Source: Octopus sinensis
Lineage: Eukaryota
Assembly (NCBI RefSeq): GCF_006345805.1
Contig: NC_043000.1
Coordinates: 372,001 to 436,000 of the forward strand
Direction: 5' to 3'
Length of the DNA stretch: 64,000 bases
This document shows positions 37,421 through 50,309 of this stretch, piece by piece. Both the position numbers and the translations under genes were made by a program. Each line of letters opens with the position of its first letter. Positions within the stretch are counted from its first letter, which is position 1. Under the pieces are notes generated by a model. The model did not search any database and had not been told where the DNA came from. It worked only from the letters and a program-made list of their open reading frames with translations.

Positions 37421-38143
37421 TATACTTAACTATTTCAACCTGTGTTTTGACAGAATCTTTTGATCCCAAAAAATAGAGCAAACAGTACCATAAGTCTTCC
37501 TACGTTCAGTCGAGGCTAACATCCGACATTTTCTATAATGCTTTCTCGATGTGAGTTGGAAACTGCCGCTATACTTCTCATAGCACTAGTATATATTTTC
37601 TCTTTGCTCTCTCTCTTGAATTAAATCCTCATACAAAAAGTTACTGCCAGGTTTTATGCAGTTCTCTTTGTCCATTGTTTATCTATTTTTTTCTCTGGAA
37701 ATATTGCCATGAGACAAAATCAGCTTCTTTAGCGTAACTGATATATGCCCGTGCACGTATGTTATCGCAGATGTCGTTCAAAATATTTGTTAAATTGATC
37801 GAAACCATTTTCAATTAAAATGTTCATTATTTTTGTATTTATCTTTTAAGAGTTTATTCTTTGGTATAATTTGTTTCTTTGATGTTTACATTTTCTTTTG
37901 CATAATTGTTGAGGACCGTTATCTAGATATTTTAATGTGAAATGTTGTTAAAACGAAAAGGCAAATTAAAAATAAAATCTGTAAACACAAACCATTTTGG
38001 GAGGTGGGTCCTACTCTCACATGCCATATTTGCAGCTTAGCTAAAGATATAAAAGTATCACTTGGTATTCTTTGAAACATGTCTTAGTCGGAGCGATGAA
38101 AAAGATGTCAACACGATTCGATAGTTGTCAACAACAATGATTA

Positions 38144-38348
38144 AATTTTGGCGCGCAAGGCTACCAATCTCGGAGAAGGGGTTACGTCGATCACCTCGAC
38201 CCCGTTGCTCAACTGGTAATTTAACAATCCTGAAAGGATGAAAGGCAAAGTTGACCTCAGTTGAATTTGAACTCGGAACCTAAAGGCGGACGGAATGCCG
38301 CTAAGCATTTAGCCCGGCGTACTAACAATTCTCTCAGCTCACTGCTTT
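38144..38348 (-). mobile_element. SINE family A, diverged
   Basis: GAAAGGATGAAAGGCAAAGTTGACCTC...GAATTTGAACTC. Confidence 0.8.
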
Positions 38349-38737
38349 AATAATTATAAGAACATTAACAATAACGACGACGACGACGACGATGACGATG
38401 ACGACGACGACGATGATGATGATGATGATGATAATGAGGAGGAGGAGGAGGATTTCAAATTTTGGCGTAAGGCCTGCAATTTCAGGGGGAGCGGGTAAGT
38501 CGATTACATCGACCTTAGTGTTTAACTAGAGTCGACATAACCGATGTATTTTGTTTATTCGATTTTCCTAAACTCCTAATATTAGTGGGCTTCTAAGCAG
38601 TGTGCTCGCGAATAGTTATTGGGGGTGTTTAAGGAAAACGACCGCCATTAATATGCAAGTTAACTCGCCAGATGTCGAAATACAGTGGATTCACCTTCTC
38701 GGTGTAGTGGATTCTCAAGTACGCCAGTTTAGTACTG

Positions 38738-38832
38738 AGAACACTGAGGACGTGAGTCGTCAATGTATTGACATCTGGTTAATTGCCTTGCGTGATATTG
38801 ACGGTCTTAAAACTGAAACACGTGTCTGTTTT
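38738..38832 (+). ncRNA. Type-I hammerhead motif with long stem II and palindromic stem III
   Basis: AGAACA-CTGAGGA-...TCGTCAATGT...ATATTGACGG...-GAAA-CACGTG-TC-TGTTTT; GUC triplet; base of stem II imperfect. Confidence 0.65.
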
Positions 38833-39051
38833 ACACAGAAAATATATAAATATATATGCACACACACATATGCGTTTGCGTATGTGTATACAGCTTAATA
38901 TCTTTGCATGTGTATATATATATATTATACATTAAGAGAAAAACAACTAGATCCGTCTCTCTTTATATGTATATGTATGTGTATGCATGAGAGAGCAGTG
39001 CAAGCAATCAAAGTGATACTGCGGTAAAATGCATATATGTATATATGTATG

Positions 39052-39085
<34 letters not shown>

Positions 39086-39210
39086 TGTATGTATGTATGT
39101 ATGTATGTATGAATGTATGTATGTATATTTCAGTATGTAGGCGTTCCTTGTAACAGTATGTCGACACGACTGGAACAGAGTGTGAAATGGTTTGTTCATA
39201 GCTACATACG

Positions 39211-39254
<44 letters not shown>

Positions 39255-39722
39255 AACACACACTTACAAACACACACACACACACACGCACGCACATACA
39301 TACGCGCGCACATATATAGAGAGCCGTAAACTTGCGTGTACGTATGTGCGTGCGCACATGGAGTACTCTAAATTAGGGGTACTTAGGGTTGAGAACATTT
39401 GGATTTCTCTAAGTGATGATGGGAAAATCAAGGTTCATTACATGTAAGGGGCGGTGTTAGTCTGGAAACTACAACAACAACAACAACGGTAACAAGACTA
39501 TCAACGAACGTGAGTACAACGCCGACAGGAACAACTGATAGCAACGACAAGAGAAACGGTATAAATAGCAAAGGATTTAATACCCTGCATCGCTGATAAA
39601 TGCCGCTTATGTTCTGGCGAAGTAGGAGGTGTGTTCGCTCGCTATAGTGTTTCACTGTCCACTCCGACGAGTGATCAGAAAGAGCCGGTTTGAGAAAAAA
39701 TAAGACAGAATGAAACGAATAC

Positions 39723-39776
<54 letters not shown>

Positions 39777-39915
39777 GTGTGTGTGGTGTGTGTGTGTGTG
39801 TGTCTTTGTGCGTGTCTTTGTGTGTGCATGTAATTTTGCGTGTATATATGTGTGGGTGTATGTGTGTGTTGGCGTATATCTTATATATACACAAATACAT
39901 GTATATAAATATAAA

Positions 39916-39958
<43 letters not shown>

Positions 39959-40235
39959 ATGAGTGTATATCTATGTGTGTGTGTGTGTGTGCGTGAGCAT
40001 GTGTGTGTGTGTCATTGTGTGTGTATATATGTTTGCATGTATGTATGCATGTTTATATATGTGTGTGTGTATGAGTGTGTTCGTGTATATTTGTAGATGC
40101 AAATACATATATATTTATGTATGTATATATATATACATACATACATATATACATATATATATATATACATATATATATATATGTGTGTATATATATATGT
40201 ATATGTATATGTGTGCATATATGTGTGTGTGTGTG

Positions 40236-40270
<35 letters not shown>

Positions 40271-40307
40271 AGGGAATGGTACAGTGTAATGGTACACTAT
40301 ACCTCAC

Positions 40308-40318
40308 CATGGCCGGTT
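40308..40318 (-). other. Candidate 11-nt micro-exon ending in ATG
   Basis: TTTCTTTCTTTTCTCTGTTTCAACAG|AACCGGCCATG|GTGAGG: long pyrimidine tract, CAG acceptor, GCCATG, GTGAG donor. Confidence 0.4.
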
Positions 40319-40976
40319 CTGTTGAAACAGAGAAAAGAAAGAAACATAAAAAAGTGTAAAAGAATGAGCGAAGAAAGATAATTTGTTGTTGATGGAAAGT
40401 TAGGGTGGATATTTAGGAATATTTAGAAACACATATCTAATACGTTCGTTATATACGTATATAGTGACGTACACATTGATATGCATATGTACATACATAG
40501 GTAGAAGCGTACATACCTACGTATATTCGTATTTAATGACATAAAAAGCTAAAACGAATAGACGTTTAAAATATATAATCAAACGACATATTGAAATAAA
40601 TATCATATCCTCCGCACATACGATCGTGTTTCTAGCACTCGACGTTCATAAAAATATATAAACACATCATGTTTCCTCATCGGATCAACAATTTTGGTTA
40701 ACTGTTTTGCACAGTATAAATATTTTTGCTTTAAGTGCGAACTATCTATCTATTCGTATAATTACTAAAACAGCTAATTTCAGTAAGTTATTTTAAATTA
40801 CGTCTGTGTTTAATATAAATTTCAAAGGTTCTCGTTACACATTGTAATGTCTAAAGACTTTTACGGTGTGTAGACTGAGTGTATGTTTCCTCATGATGTT
40901 TCGAGTGTTTTCGTGCATCACAGGTTTTCTAGACAGAGCTGGACAAAAATTAAGAAGTAAAAGTTGTCTTAAAGTA

Positions 40977-41584
40977 CCGTAAATCCTCGAGTATAATCCG
41001 CCCTTGTGTATAATACGCAGGGGATTTCTACATGCGGGATTGTTGAGGACCGCTTGTGAAATCTACATATTCCCACGAAACTTCTTCCATGGTAGAAGAA
41101 GCCGACTCAACCCACCCAGGGTGAATGTCGCCACAAGTACAAGTACAAGTAAGTACCTCTGAAAGACTTAAACCTTGTGTATAATACGCACCCCTTCTCT
41201 AACTTGAGTCAAGGAGGTCTATATAACGTCCTTGGTTTGTAAAAATGTATACGGTAACGTCCTTTATTATTACAGTACATATAACATAATGCAAACGTGT
41301 AGCTTTTTTGTGCATTTTGTTTGCAGAAAATGAAGAAATAACAGTAATAACAATAATGTTTAATAAATGTTGCTTACTGCAAGTTATGGATGATTCTTTT
41401 ATGACTTCATTGCTTAGCCCGACATCACAAAATGCGTCTGAATAAACATTGCCGGACAGCAAATAGAGACTTGGACATTGCTTGGAAAATATTTTTCGTT
41501 TTTAATCTCGTATATAGTACGCACTAGTGATTTTGACCTTTAAATATTTTGGGGGAAATGCGTATTATACTCGAGGATTTACGG
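40977..41584. mobile_element. Non-autonomous Tc2/pogo-type DNA transposon
   Basis: TIRs CCGTAAATCCTCGAGTATAATCCGC and GCGTATTATACTCGAGGATTTACGG, flanked by TA on both sides. Confidence 0.92.
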
Positions 41585-41837
41585 TAGTCGTTGTCCTCCG
41601 CTATAAGGATGTGTATTTATCGCAATACATAACTGTTCGACTGATGTTCTATATACAATTATTATTGCTTTGGCTCTTATTTTCTTTCAGGTTTCTTGAG
41701 CTTCTTGCAAATCACTTTCAGCAAAAGAAATATTTCCGATATAAGTACCAGTAACTTATTCCTACAGTTCATATGCGTGTCTACGCATGTATGTATATAG
41801 ACACATATAAATAACTATATCATGTAAAAAATGTTTT

Positions 41838-42022
41838 TAAAAAATATGAAGATGGTGTAAAAAAAAGGGAACAAACAAACAGTGTGTATTAGGTTGACAC
41901 TAAGGAAAATTGCAAGACGTATTTAACATTTCGAGCCTATGCTCTTCAGCGGAAAGGATAGATGGGGAGAAATAAAGAGAAAAAGAACAAGTGTGTCTCA
42001 ATTAGTCGGCCATCGCATGCTG
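41838..42022 (-). mobile_element. Family P element, decayed hammerhead
   Basis: Minus strand TTT-CCGCTGA-A-GAGC-ATAG-GCTC-GAAA-TG-TT-AAAT at ~41921-41957. Confidence 0.65.
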
Positions 42023-42468
42023 AAAACCTTAGAGTCTTCTTGTTTTCCTGGGCGTGGACCTATTACACCGTGTTTGTTTGTTTGTTGTTTTTTTTTCACA
42101 TTTTCTTTTTCTTTTTTTTTTTTGTACCACATTTAATATATGCTCCGTGGTCACTCCGGTTTCATACTGCCTCACTGAACTTTCAGTGAAAACCTATTTT
42201 GAATATTTTACTAAGTTTTGAAGTGTTGACATTAAGAGTTCTTTCTATATTATTTTTCCCTTTAGGTATAATTAGTTTAAATTTATATTTCTTTCTTTCT
42301 CTGAATCCCCAGACTTCTATACGACCAGCTAATTACTTGGGACGGCAGTAACCTCACAAATAATATATTACCACTGAACTCTACTGAGTTTCTCACTAGA
42401 ACTCTTTCTAGACTATTACTGTTATTCTCCTTGAATTACCCCCTTCATGGATCTTACTGTACACTGTT

Positions 42469-42523
<55 letters not shown>

Positions 42524-42910
42524 TACATACATATATATATATATATTATATATATACATATATACATACATATATATATGTGTGTGTATATATATATATA
42601 ATATATATATATATATTGCTTTTCATTTGTGTGCATATGTATCTATGTGTGTGCGCGAGTGTGTCACTATTGAAGTCATTCATGCAACTTGTTTGTGTAT
42701 ATATTGGCTTAGTGGTACAGCGTGTTTGGAACCTGTGAATAAGGTGCAAGTTTCGAGTACATGTCGGCAACTTTTTTCTCCTCGTCTTCTAATAGTAATT
42801 ACCCAACTTTCTGGGCTCTTCTCACAGCTATACCGCGTTGAAAAATTATACAGGTTTTTAAAATTTTTTTTTAATAAATCATAAATTACATATATACATA
42901 TATATATATG

Positions 42911-42965
<55 letters not shown>

Positions 42966-43308
42966 ATGTATATATAGCCATCTGTGCGTGTCTTGCGTTT
43001 GTGCTTGTCCCCATCCACCGCTTAACAACTGGTGTTGGCATGTTTGCGTCCCGCAAATTACTGGTGCCGCAAAAGAGACCAATAGGATAAGAATCACCTT
43101 ACAAAAAGAATAACTATTGAGATTGATTTATTCGGCTAACAATTCTCCATTCTTCAAGGGGGTGCCCCAGCATGGCCGCAGTATAACGAATGACAGAAAT
43201 AAAAGATAAAAATTAGATATGAAAAAGTATCTGTCAACATAGTTGAATATGCTTTCAAATGCTATCTACCCTAGATGTGAGCATGCGCGTTCTACCTGAA
43301 CCTGTAAT

Positions 43309-43725
43309 TATTTCTTTACTACCCACAAGGTGCTAAGTACAGAGGGAACAGATAAGGACAGACACACGGATTAAGTCGATTACATCGACCCCAGTTCGTC
43401 ACTGGTACTTAATTTATCGACCTCGAAAGAATGAAAGGCAAAGTCGACCTCGGCGGAATTTGAACTCAGAACGTAACGACAGACGAAATACCTGTTTCTT
43501 TACTACCCACAAGGGGCTAAACATAGAGGAGACAAACAAGGACAGACAAACGGATTAAGTCGATTACATCGACCCCAGTGCGTAACTGGTACTTAATTTA
43601 TCGACCGCGAAAGGAAGAAAGGCAAAGTCGACCTCGGCGGAATTTGAACTCAGAACGTAACGGCAGACGAAATACGGCTAGGCATTTCGCCCGGCGTGCT
43701 AACGTTTCTCCCAGCTCGCCGCCTT
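43309..43725 (-). mobile_element. SINE family A dimer with 17-bp TSD
   Basis: One head plus two B-box/core/tail units; TSD TTCTACC(T/G)GAACCTGTA at 43290-43306 and 43727-43743. Confidence 0.9.
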
Positions 43726-43726
43726 A

Positions 43727-44075
43727 TTCTACCGGAACCTGTATTATCTGTATAAAACGCTTTTGATTATTGTTTATATTCTAAACAAAAACAAGCATCT
43801 ATCTACCTCACCCTGTGGTATCAATAGAACATGCTTTCTATTGTTCTTTATAATACGCCTTCTGAACGAGAATATTTGTTCACCTGAACATGTGATATCC
43901 CTAGAACACGCCTCTTGTTGTTGCTTATGATTTGAAAGAGAACCAGCGTCTGTCTAAATTTATGTTATAAACAGACCACGCCTCCTATTGTTGTTTGTAT
44001 TCTGAACGAGAACAAGAATCTATCTTGAACCTGTGTAGTGTCAATAGAGCACGCCTCCTATTGTTGTGTATATAC
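43727..44075 (+). repeat. Degenerate minisatellite, ~70-78-bp unit, about 5 copies
   Basis: ACGCCTC..TTGTTG anchors at ~43755, 43828, 43906, 43975, 44048; inverted unit at 44773-44855. Confidence 0.75.
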
Positions 44076-44551
44076 AACTGAATAAAGGAGATAAGAACAT
44101 CATGTTATCTATTGCCCAATGAAAATCGATTATTATTCTCCTTTCGGTTTACCTTGCTGCTATTAGCCTGCACATCAGTCCTACTTCAGCCAACGACGTC
44201 GATATCTGTCGCATTATACAACTACTCGCCTACGCAGATACGTCAAAATGGACGCACAGACACAGCTACACAAATGCCATGCTCTCCTATACAAAACTAC
44301 AATGGTAAAATTACAATAGCTAACCTGTTCGACCAATCAGTATTATCCAAAGCAAAGCTAGAGAAGCGGATTGGCAGAATCCATAGGCCGTCGAACGAAA
44401 TGTCGTACTGCATACGTAGTTACAACTCTTTTAGAACTGAGTTCAAATCCCTCTGAAGTCAATTTTCCCATTCACTTTTCAGGGCTAAGTATTAAGGTCC
44501 ATTTAAATCTAATAACTCCTCACACCGAATTTAAGACATTGTACTTAAAAC

Positions 44552-44885
44552 GGTTTCAAATTTTGACACAAGGCCAGCAATTCCGAGGGAGGTGCAAGTC
44601 GATTACGTCGATCCCACTGTTCAACTAGTACTTATTTTATCGACCCTGAAAGGATAAAAGGCAAAGTCGACCTCGGCGGAATTTGAACTCAGAATGCCGT
44701 GAAGCATTTTGCCCGGCGTCATCATCGGGAGGAATTTGAACTCTAATCAGAAAGTCGGAAGGAATGCCGTTAATATAAACAACAATAAGAGGCGTGTTCT
44801 AGACACACCACAGGTTCAGGTGGACACAATTTCTCGTTCAGCAGGCGTGTCCTAATCATACGAATCTGCCAGCTTGCCGCCTTAC
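44552..44885 (-). mobile_element. Fragmented SINE family A copy
   Basis: Tail GGTTTCAAATTTTG, core and head CTGCCAGCTTGCCGCC separated by an inverted minisatellite unit. Confidence 0.7.
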
Positions 44886-45274
44886 ATTGTAAATTTGGCA
44901 CAGGTAAGCGATAGTAGATATTAAGCTTTTATAATTTAAACGGTGTTTGTCAAGGTGTTTGTCGCGTATATTTATTCTGAGGAGTTCAAATTCTGTAGGT
45001 GTAGACTCCGGATTACTTCCCTCTGGAATGAATAAAATATATGAAAATATAGCTGCCCTATCAACAGATGCACTTTTAGGTCTACAATTACTGTACTGAG
45101 ATGTACACTACTAACAGTAACTGTAGAATCCCAATGCTCATTGTCTTACCTGTTCGCCTTATCTGCCTACATAATCACGAAGCATCATACCTGGCGTGCT
45201 AACGATTTTGCCAATTCGCCGATTTACCGTGTAGTAATAGTACGATTATTTATTTGCAATACGATGTTGTTGTA

Positions 45275-45826
45275 AGGCGGAGGGTTGGCAGAAACGTTAG
45301 CACGCCGGGCGAAATGCCGCTACGTTCTGAGTTCAAATTCCGCCGAGGTCCACTTTGCCTTTCATCCTTTCGGGGTCGATAAATTAAGTACCAGTTACGC
45401 ACTGGGGTCGATGTAATCGACTTAATCCGTTTGTCTGACCTTGTTTGTCCCCTCTATGTTTAGCCCCTTGTGGGTAATAAAGAAATAGGTATTTCATCTG
45501 CCTGTACGTTCTGAGTTCAAATTCCGCCGAGGTCGACTTTGCCTTTCATCCTTTCGGGGTCGATAAATTAAGTACCAGTTACGCACTGGGGTCGATGGAA
45601 TCGACTTAATACGTTTGTCTGTCCTTGTTTGTCCCCTCTATGTTTAGCCCCTTGTGGGTAGTAAAGAAATAGGTATTTCATCCGCCCTTACGTTCTGTGT
45701 TCAAATTCGACCTTATCTTTCATCCTTTCGGGGTCTATAAAATAGGTACCGGTTGAATACTGGGGTCAATGTTAATGACGTGTCCCCTCTCCTAAATTTT
45801 CAGGTCTTAGGTCTATAATAGAAAGG
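45275..45826 (+). mobile_element. SINE family A trimer
   Basis: Head, then units joined at AAAGAAATAGGTATTTC (~45480 and ~45663, period ~183 bp); last unit has a different tail. Confidence 0.9.
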
Positions 45827-46341
45827 ACTCTCATTGTTGTTGTTGTTGATGTTGTTGTTGTGGTGATGATGGTGGTGGTAGTAATGGAGAAATGTAACTA
45901 TTTTCGACGTTATCATAATTGTCATTGAATAGATCACAAAATAATCAATTTTATGAATGAAACCGTGTACACTGGTAGGAAAGATCTAGATAGCTTCTGA
46001 TTGGTCAGAAAATAAATTCATAGTCAATGAGAAGGTGAGAAGGCAAGCTAAGCTTCACAAGCTAAGCCAGTGTTTGCAGATGAATGTGGTTTATTCGATT
46101 AAGGAGTTTCATATGTCATTAGCATCGTTATTAGTATATGTCACCTGTCCAGCATAAGACCTGATGTAATGTTAGTGGAAGGGAGTTGTAGAATGCAAGG
46201 AGGGATAGTAATAAGTAGAGAGGAAAATGTAAAAGGAGAGAAGACGAGAGAGGGGCCTTGCGGGATACGTACAGAGTGTGATACAGGTTGTAACATGTAA
46301 GATGGTTGGATATGTGCGTAGAGGGATATATAGACAGACCC

Positions 46342-46378
<37 letters not shown>

Positions 46379-46458
46379 CATACAGACGCATAGATAAATA
46401 GATAGACATACAGACACCTAGATATATATATATATGTATATATATGTGTATATATATA

Positions 46459-46493
<35 letters not shown>

Positions 46494-46620
46494 GATAGAT
46501 AGATAGATAGATACGAGGGGGAAGAAAGGCTATAAGACACATGCAGGCTAGTGGTCGTATAACTCTTCTCTGTAAAGGAATTGTTTCAATTCATTTTGTC
46601 CTTCCACTGCCGTCTTTGGT

Positions 46621-46865
46621 GGAGGCGCGTGGCTTAGTGGTTAGGGTGTCAGCATCATGATCGTAAGATTGTGGTTTCGATTCCTGGCCCGGGAGACGCG
46701 TTGTGTTCTTGAGCAAAATACTTCATTTCACGTTGCTCCAGTCCACTCAGCTGGCAAAAATTAGTGACGCTGCGATGGACTGGCGTCCCGTCCAGCTGAG
46801 GAACACATACGCCATAGAAACTGGAAACCGGGCCCATGAGCCTTGGCTTTAAAAGGGCGCGTTTA
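46621..46865 (+). mobile_element. SINE family C, full length
   Basis: Colinear with 6333-6582 and includes GCGATGGACTGGCGTCCCGTCCAG. Confidence 0.9.
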
Positions 46866-47347
46866 TTATTTTTTTCTTTTTACTACCTTCTTTATCACAT
46901 CTTACCTCCTACAAAACAAAACTAGCAGTCATTTGATGAACGTTTCTATTACTGTCGCTATCATTGAGGCAACTCCGATAGTTTCATGGATGGTGGCAAT
47001 GAACTCAGGCATAGTTTATAGGCACAGGCATGACTGTGTGACTAAAGAAGCAGGCTTTGCCACCACTTGGTCTCGTGTTCAGTTCCACTGTGCGCCACCT
47101 TGAGCAACTGTGTTCTATTATATCTCCGGGCCGACCAATGATTTCTGACTGATATGGTATGCGGAAACTGTATGGAAGCCTGACATGCATATATATTTAT
47201 ATATGTGTGTGTGTGTGTGTGTTTTGTTTTTCACACATTGTGTAAGTTGAACTATGTAAAATGTTTGAGAAAGAAATTAGCTGTTGCTTGCCATAGATAC
47301 ATCTATATTCAAATTTTTTCATAGTCCCTTAATATACCACTTGTTCT

Positions 47348-47980
47348 CAGGAGTTCTCAACCATTTTTTTTATCTATGGGCCCTTCTTGATTACAACTTT
47401 ATAGCAGGTATTTAAAGGGAAAAAAATTTGAGAAGTCAGTCAGTCGCCCACTGACATTCGTTGACGCTACATCGAAGAGGCCAGGGAACAGAAGAAAGAA
47501 GAAGAAAGAAGACATGCACCCAACACCAGAGATGAAGACACCTCCGAAAGGGGGGGGGGGCACGTCAAAACGGTAGAGGAGTAGGGGCCAAAACCGGACG
47601 TGGTTCCTCCTGATGATGTCTTGAGCTAACTGGATCTTATAAAGGAGCTGTTGTAGTAGCAGACTACGAAACATGGTTGAAATTCCTGGTGGACCCCAAT
47701 GGCCATTCGATGTTAAAATACTAGTTTTATAGAAACTTCTTTCAAAATTCCTATTTCGTTTTTCACGCATTAACTTCTGTGGATTAAATTATATAAAATG
47801 TTAAAGAAGAAACCTTGCTATTTCTTGCAATATATACCAATACATAGATCTAAAGCAAAATTTTTTCAGTGGCCCTTAAAATATTATTGTGGATTCTCAA
47901 CTTATTATTTTTTTGCCTGGACACACAAAAATCTTATATAGACCCTCAGATATCATATGAATCCCGGTTGAGAACCACTG
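47348..47980. mobile_element. Non-autonomous hAT (Charlie-like) element
   Basis: TIRs CAGGAGTTCTCAACC and GGTTGAGAACCACTG; right flank GTCTAAAG fits the nTCTAGAn preference; TSD not preserved on the left. Confidence 0.7.
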
Positions 47981-48354
47981 GTCTAAAGTGTTTTTTGTCC
48001 TTCTTAATTTCTAAATTCTTCCGATGTGTAAATTCTTCCAATGTCTGGACGTATGTGTAATAAACGAAAGAAGAGGTGTATGATGCAGGTGGAGGGGAAA
48101 GAAATAAGTGAAGGGAGATACATATGGAGAGGAGGAGAAGAAGAGTGAGAGAGGAAGAGAGAGAGAGAAAATATAGGAAGGAGGAGTGGGAGAAGGAGAG
48201 AGGGAGAGAGAGTGAAAGACAGAAAGGCAAAATAAAATGACGTTATTGAAGGAGTCTGGAAAGTGCTAAGATCAGCGAAAATATAAAGATAGGAAGAAAG
48301 ATAGGAGACGCACTATCGCCGACAGATAGAAGGATAGACAGAAGAATAGAGAAA

Positions 48355-48391
<37 letters not shown>

Positions 48392-48668
48392 GGTGGGGGA
48401 TAAGGAAACAAGAGAAACAAAGGAGGAGTGAAAGCGTAAGAGTTATATTAACAGAAAATGCGTCACTGCTGACAGACGAGTCGAAGTATAGAGAAAAGAA
48501 AGAGAAAGAGAGAGAGTGATAGAGAGAGAGAGAGAGGTGGAGAAAGAGAGAGAGAGAGAAAGAGAGATTGAGAAAGAGGGAGAAAAAGACAGAGAATGTG
48601 TGTGACGAACAGATAAATATAAAGAGACAGATAAATATATAAAGATTGCGGGAGCGATGCGGGTGTGA

Positions 48669-48706
<38 letters not shown>

Positions 48707-48846
48707 GTGCGTGTGTGTGTGTATGTGCGCGCGCACGTGCAGTGAGAGAAACTGAAAGAGAAAGAGAAGAAAATGAAAGAAAGGAGAAAAAGAAAGATGG
48801 AAAAAATGGAAGACAAAAATGCAGAGAGAGTAACTGATGAATTGTA

Positions 48847-48881
<35 letters not shown>

Positions 48882-49779
48882 TGTAGAGGGAGAGAGAGAT
48901 GTAGAGGGAGAGAGAGATATAGAGGGAGAGAGAGGAGGGAGTGTGTGAGCAACAGAGGACAAAGGAGAACGAGATCGAGAACGGAGAAACATTGAGTCTG
49001 TCGCTCAGTGAGCCATGTTCCTTTTTTTATTTCTTTGTCTCAAATTGGTCGTTATACGAAGTGATAACATTTACAATGTTATTTTGTTTCTATATTATGT
49101 ATTTAGGATATATCATGTTCTTTTGTTCTTTTGATGTCAGTTTATATATATATGAAATATATTCAAGATAAATATTGTGAGAGAAAACGTAAATATTGTT
49201 GTTTCATTGTTGACATGACTAGACTTAATGACATCATAAATCTAGTTTTATAAAACAACTTTGTAGATTTTTCGTTGTAAATTGTCCGGGGAAGTGAGTT
49301 GGGTGTACGGGCTTGGATATGACTGTGTGGTTAAAAATTTTGGTTTAAAAACACGTCGTTCAGGTTTCGATACAACTTTGGGAGGGAGGTATTTTGGTCA
49401 AATGTCTTCAACTATAGTAGGTATGGGCAATCTTTTTCGAGAAGCGGGCCGCATACGGTATGGCTCATTATCAGGCAGGCCGCACTACTAAAATTTAAAA
49501 TTCCAGGCATTTTTGTTAAGTGCGCCATTCAGAAAGTTTCACGGGTTGCAGTTTGCCCATAACTGTATAGCAGGTTCGAATTGACCAAGGACTTCAGAAT
49601 GAGATTTGATAGAGAAAATGCTGTATGTTTGTGAGAGGAGAGAGAGAGAGAGAGAATGTGTGTGTAAGATAGATTTATAGGTGCATTGAATAAAAATACC
49701 TTGTCTTGTGTTACGTATGGGTTACGCATCTTTATGCCCGAGGCAATTTTGTCGGTTTTACTTTGTCGATATACATCGA

Positions 49780-50078
49780 CCATTTCAAGCCTAGCCAGGC
49801 TCATGGGCCCGGTTTCCCGGTTTCTGTGACGTATGTGTTGCCCCCAAATGGACGGAGCCCCAGTCCATCGCAGCGTTACTCAAGAAACAGGAAGAGAGAT
49901 TGAGGGATAGTTGTGGCCAAAGAGTACAACAGGGGCCGCCACCACCCCCTGTCGGAGCCTCGTGGAGCTTTTAGGTGTTTTCGCTCAATAAACACACACA
50001 AGGCCCGGTCTGGGAATCGAAACCGCGAGCCTCCGACCGCGAGTCCGCTGCCCTAACCACTGGGCCATTGCGCCTCCA
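49780..50078 (-). mobile_element. SINE family D, full length, V-domain-like tail, 13-bp TSD
   Basis: Head GGAGGCGCAATGGCCCAGTGGTTAGGG; TSD CTTT(G/A)TCGATATA at 49761-49773 and 50081-50093. Confidence 0.9.
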
Positions 50079-50309
50079 CGCTTTATCGATATAATTAACT
50101 AAAATTAAATGAAACTAAACTAAATCTTTAACACCTCTACTCAAAAACTTGTAAAAGAATAAAATGCGTAGCTATTCGGTCACAATCATTGCCATAAACT
50201 GACCTTATATTATAATGACATTAAATCATAGAAGTGGTGTTTGAACTTGTGTGGAACAGCGTTCAAACCGAATCACGTTTTTCTTTGTTAATTGTGCTAT
50301 TGAATTAAT

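Noticed and set aside
45275-45826. Repeat-spacer look suggesting a CRISPR array
   Set aside because: Whole ~183-bp units repeat with no unique spacers, no cas genes, eukaryotic SINE context
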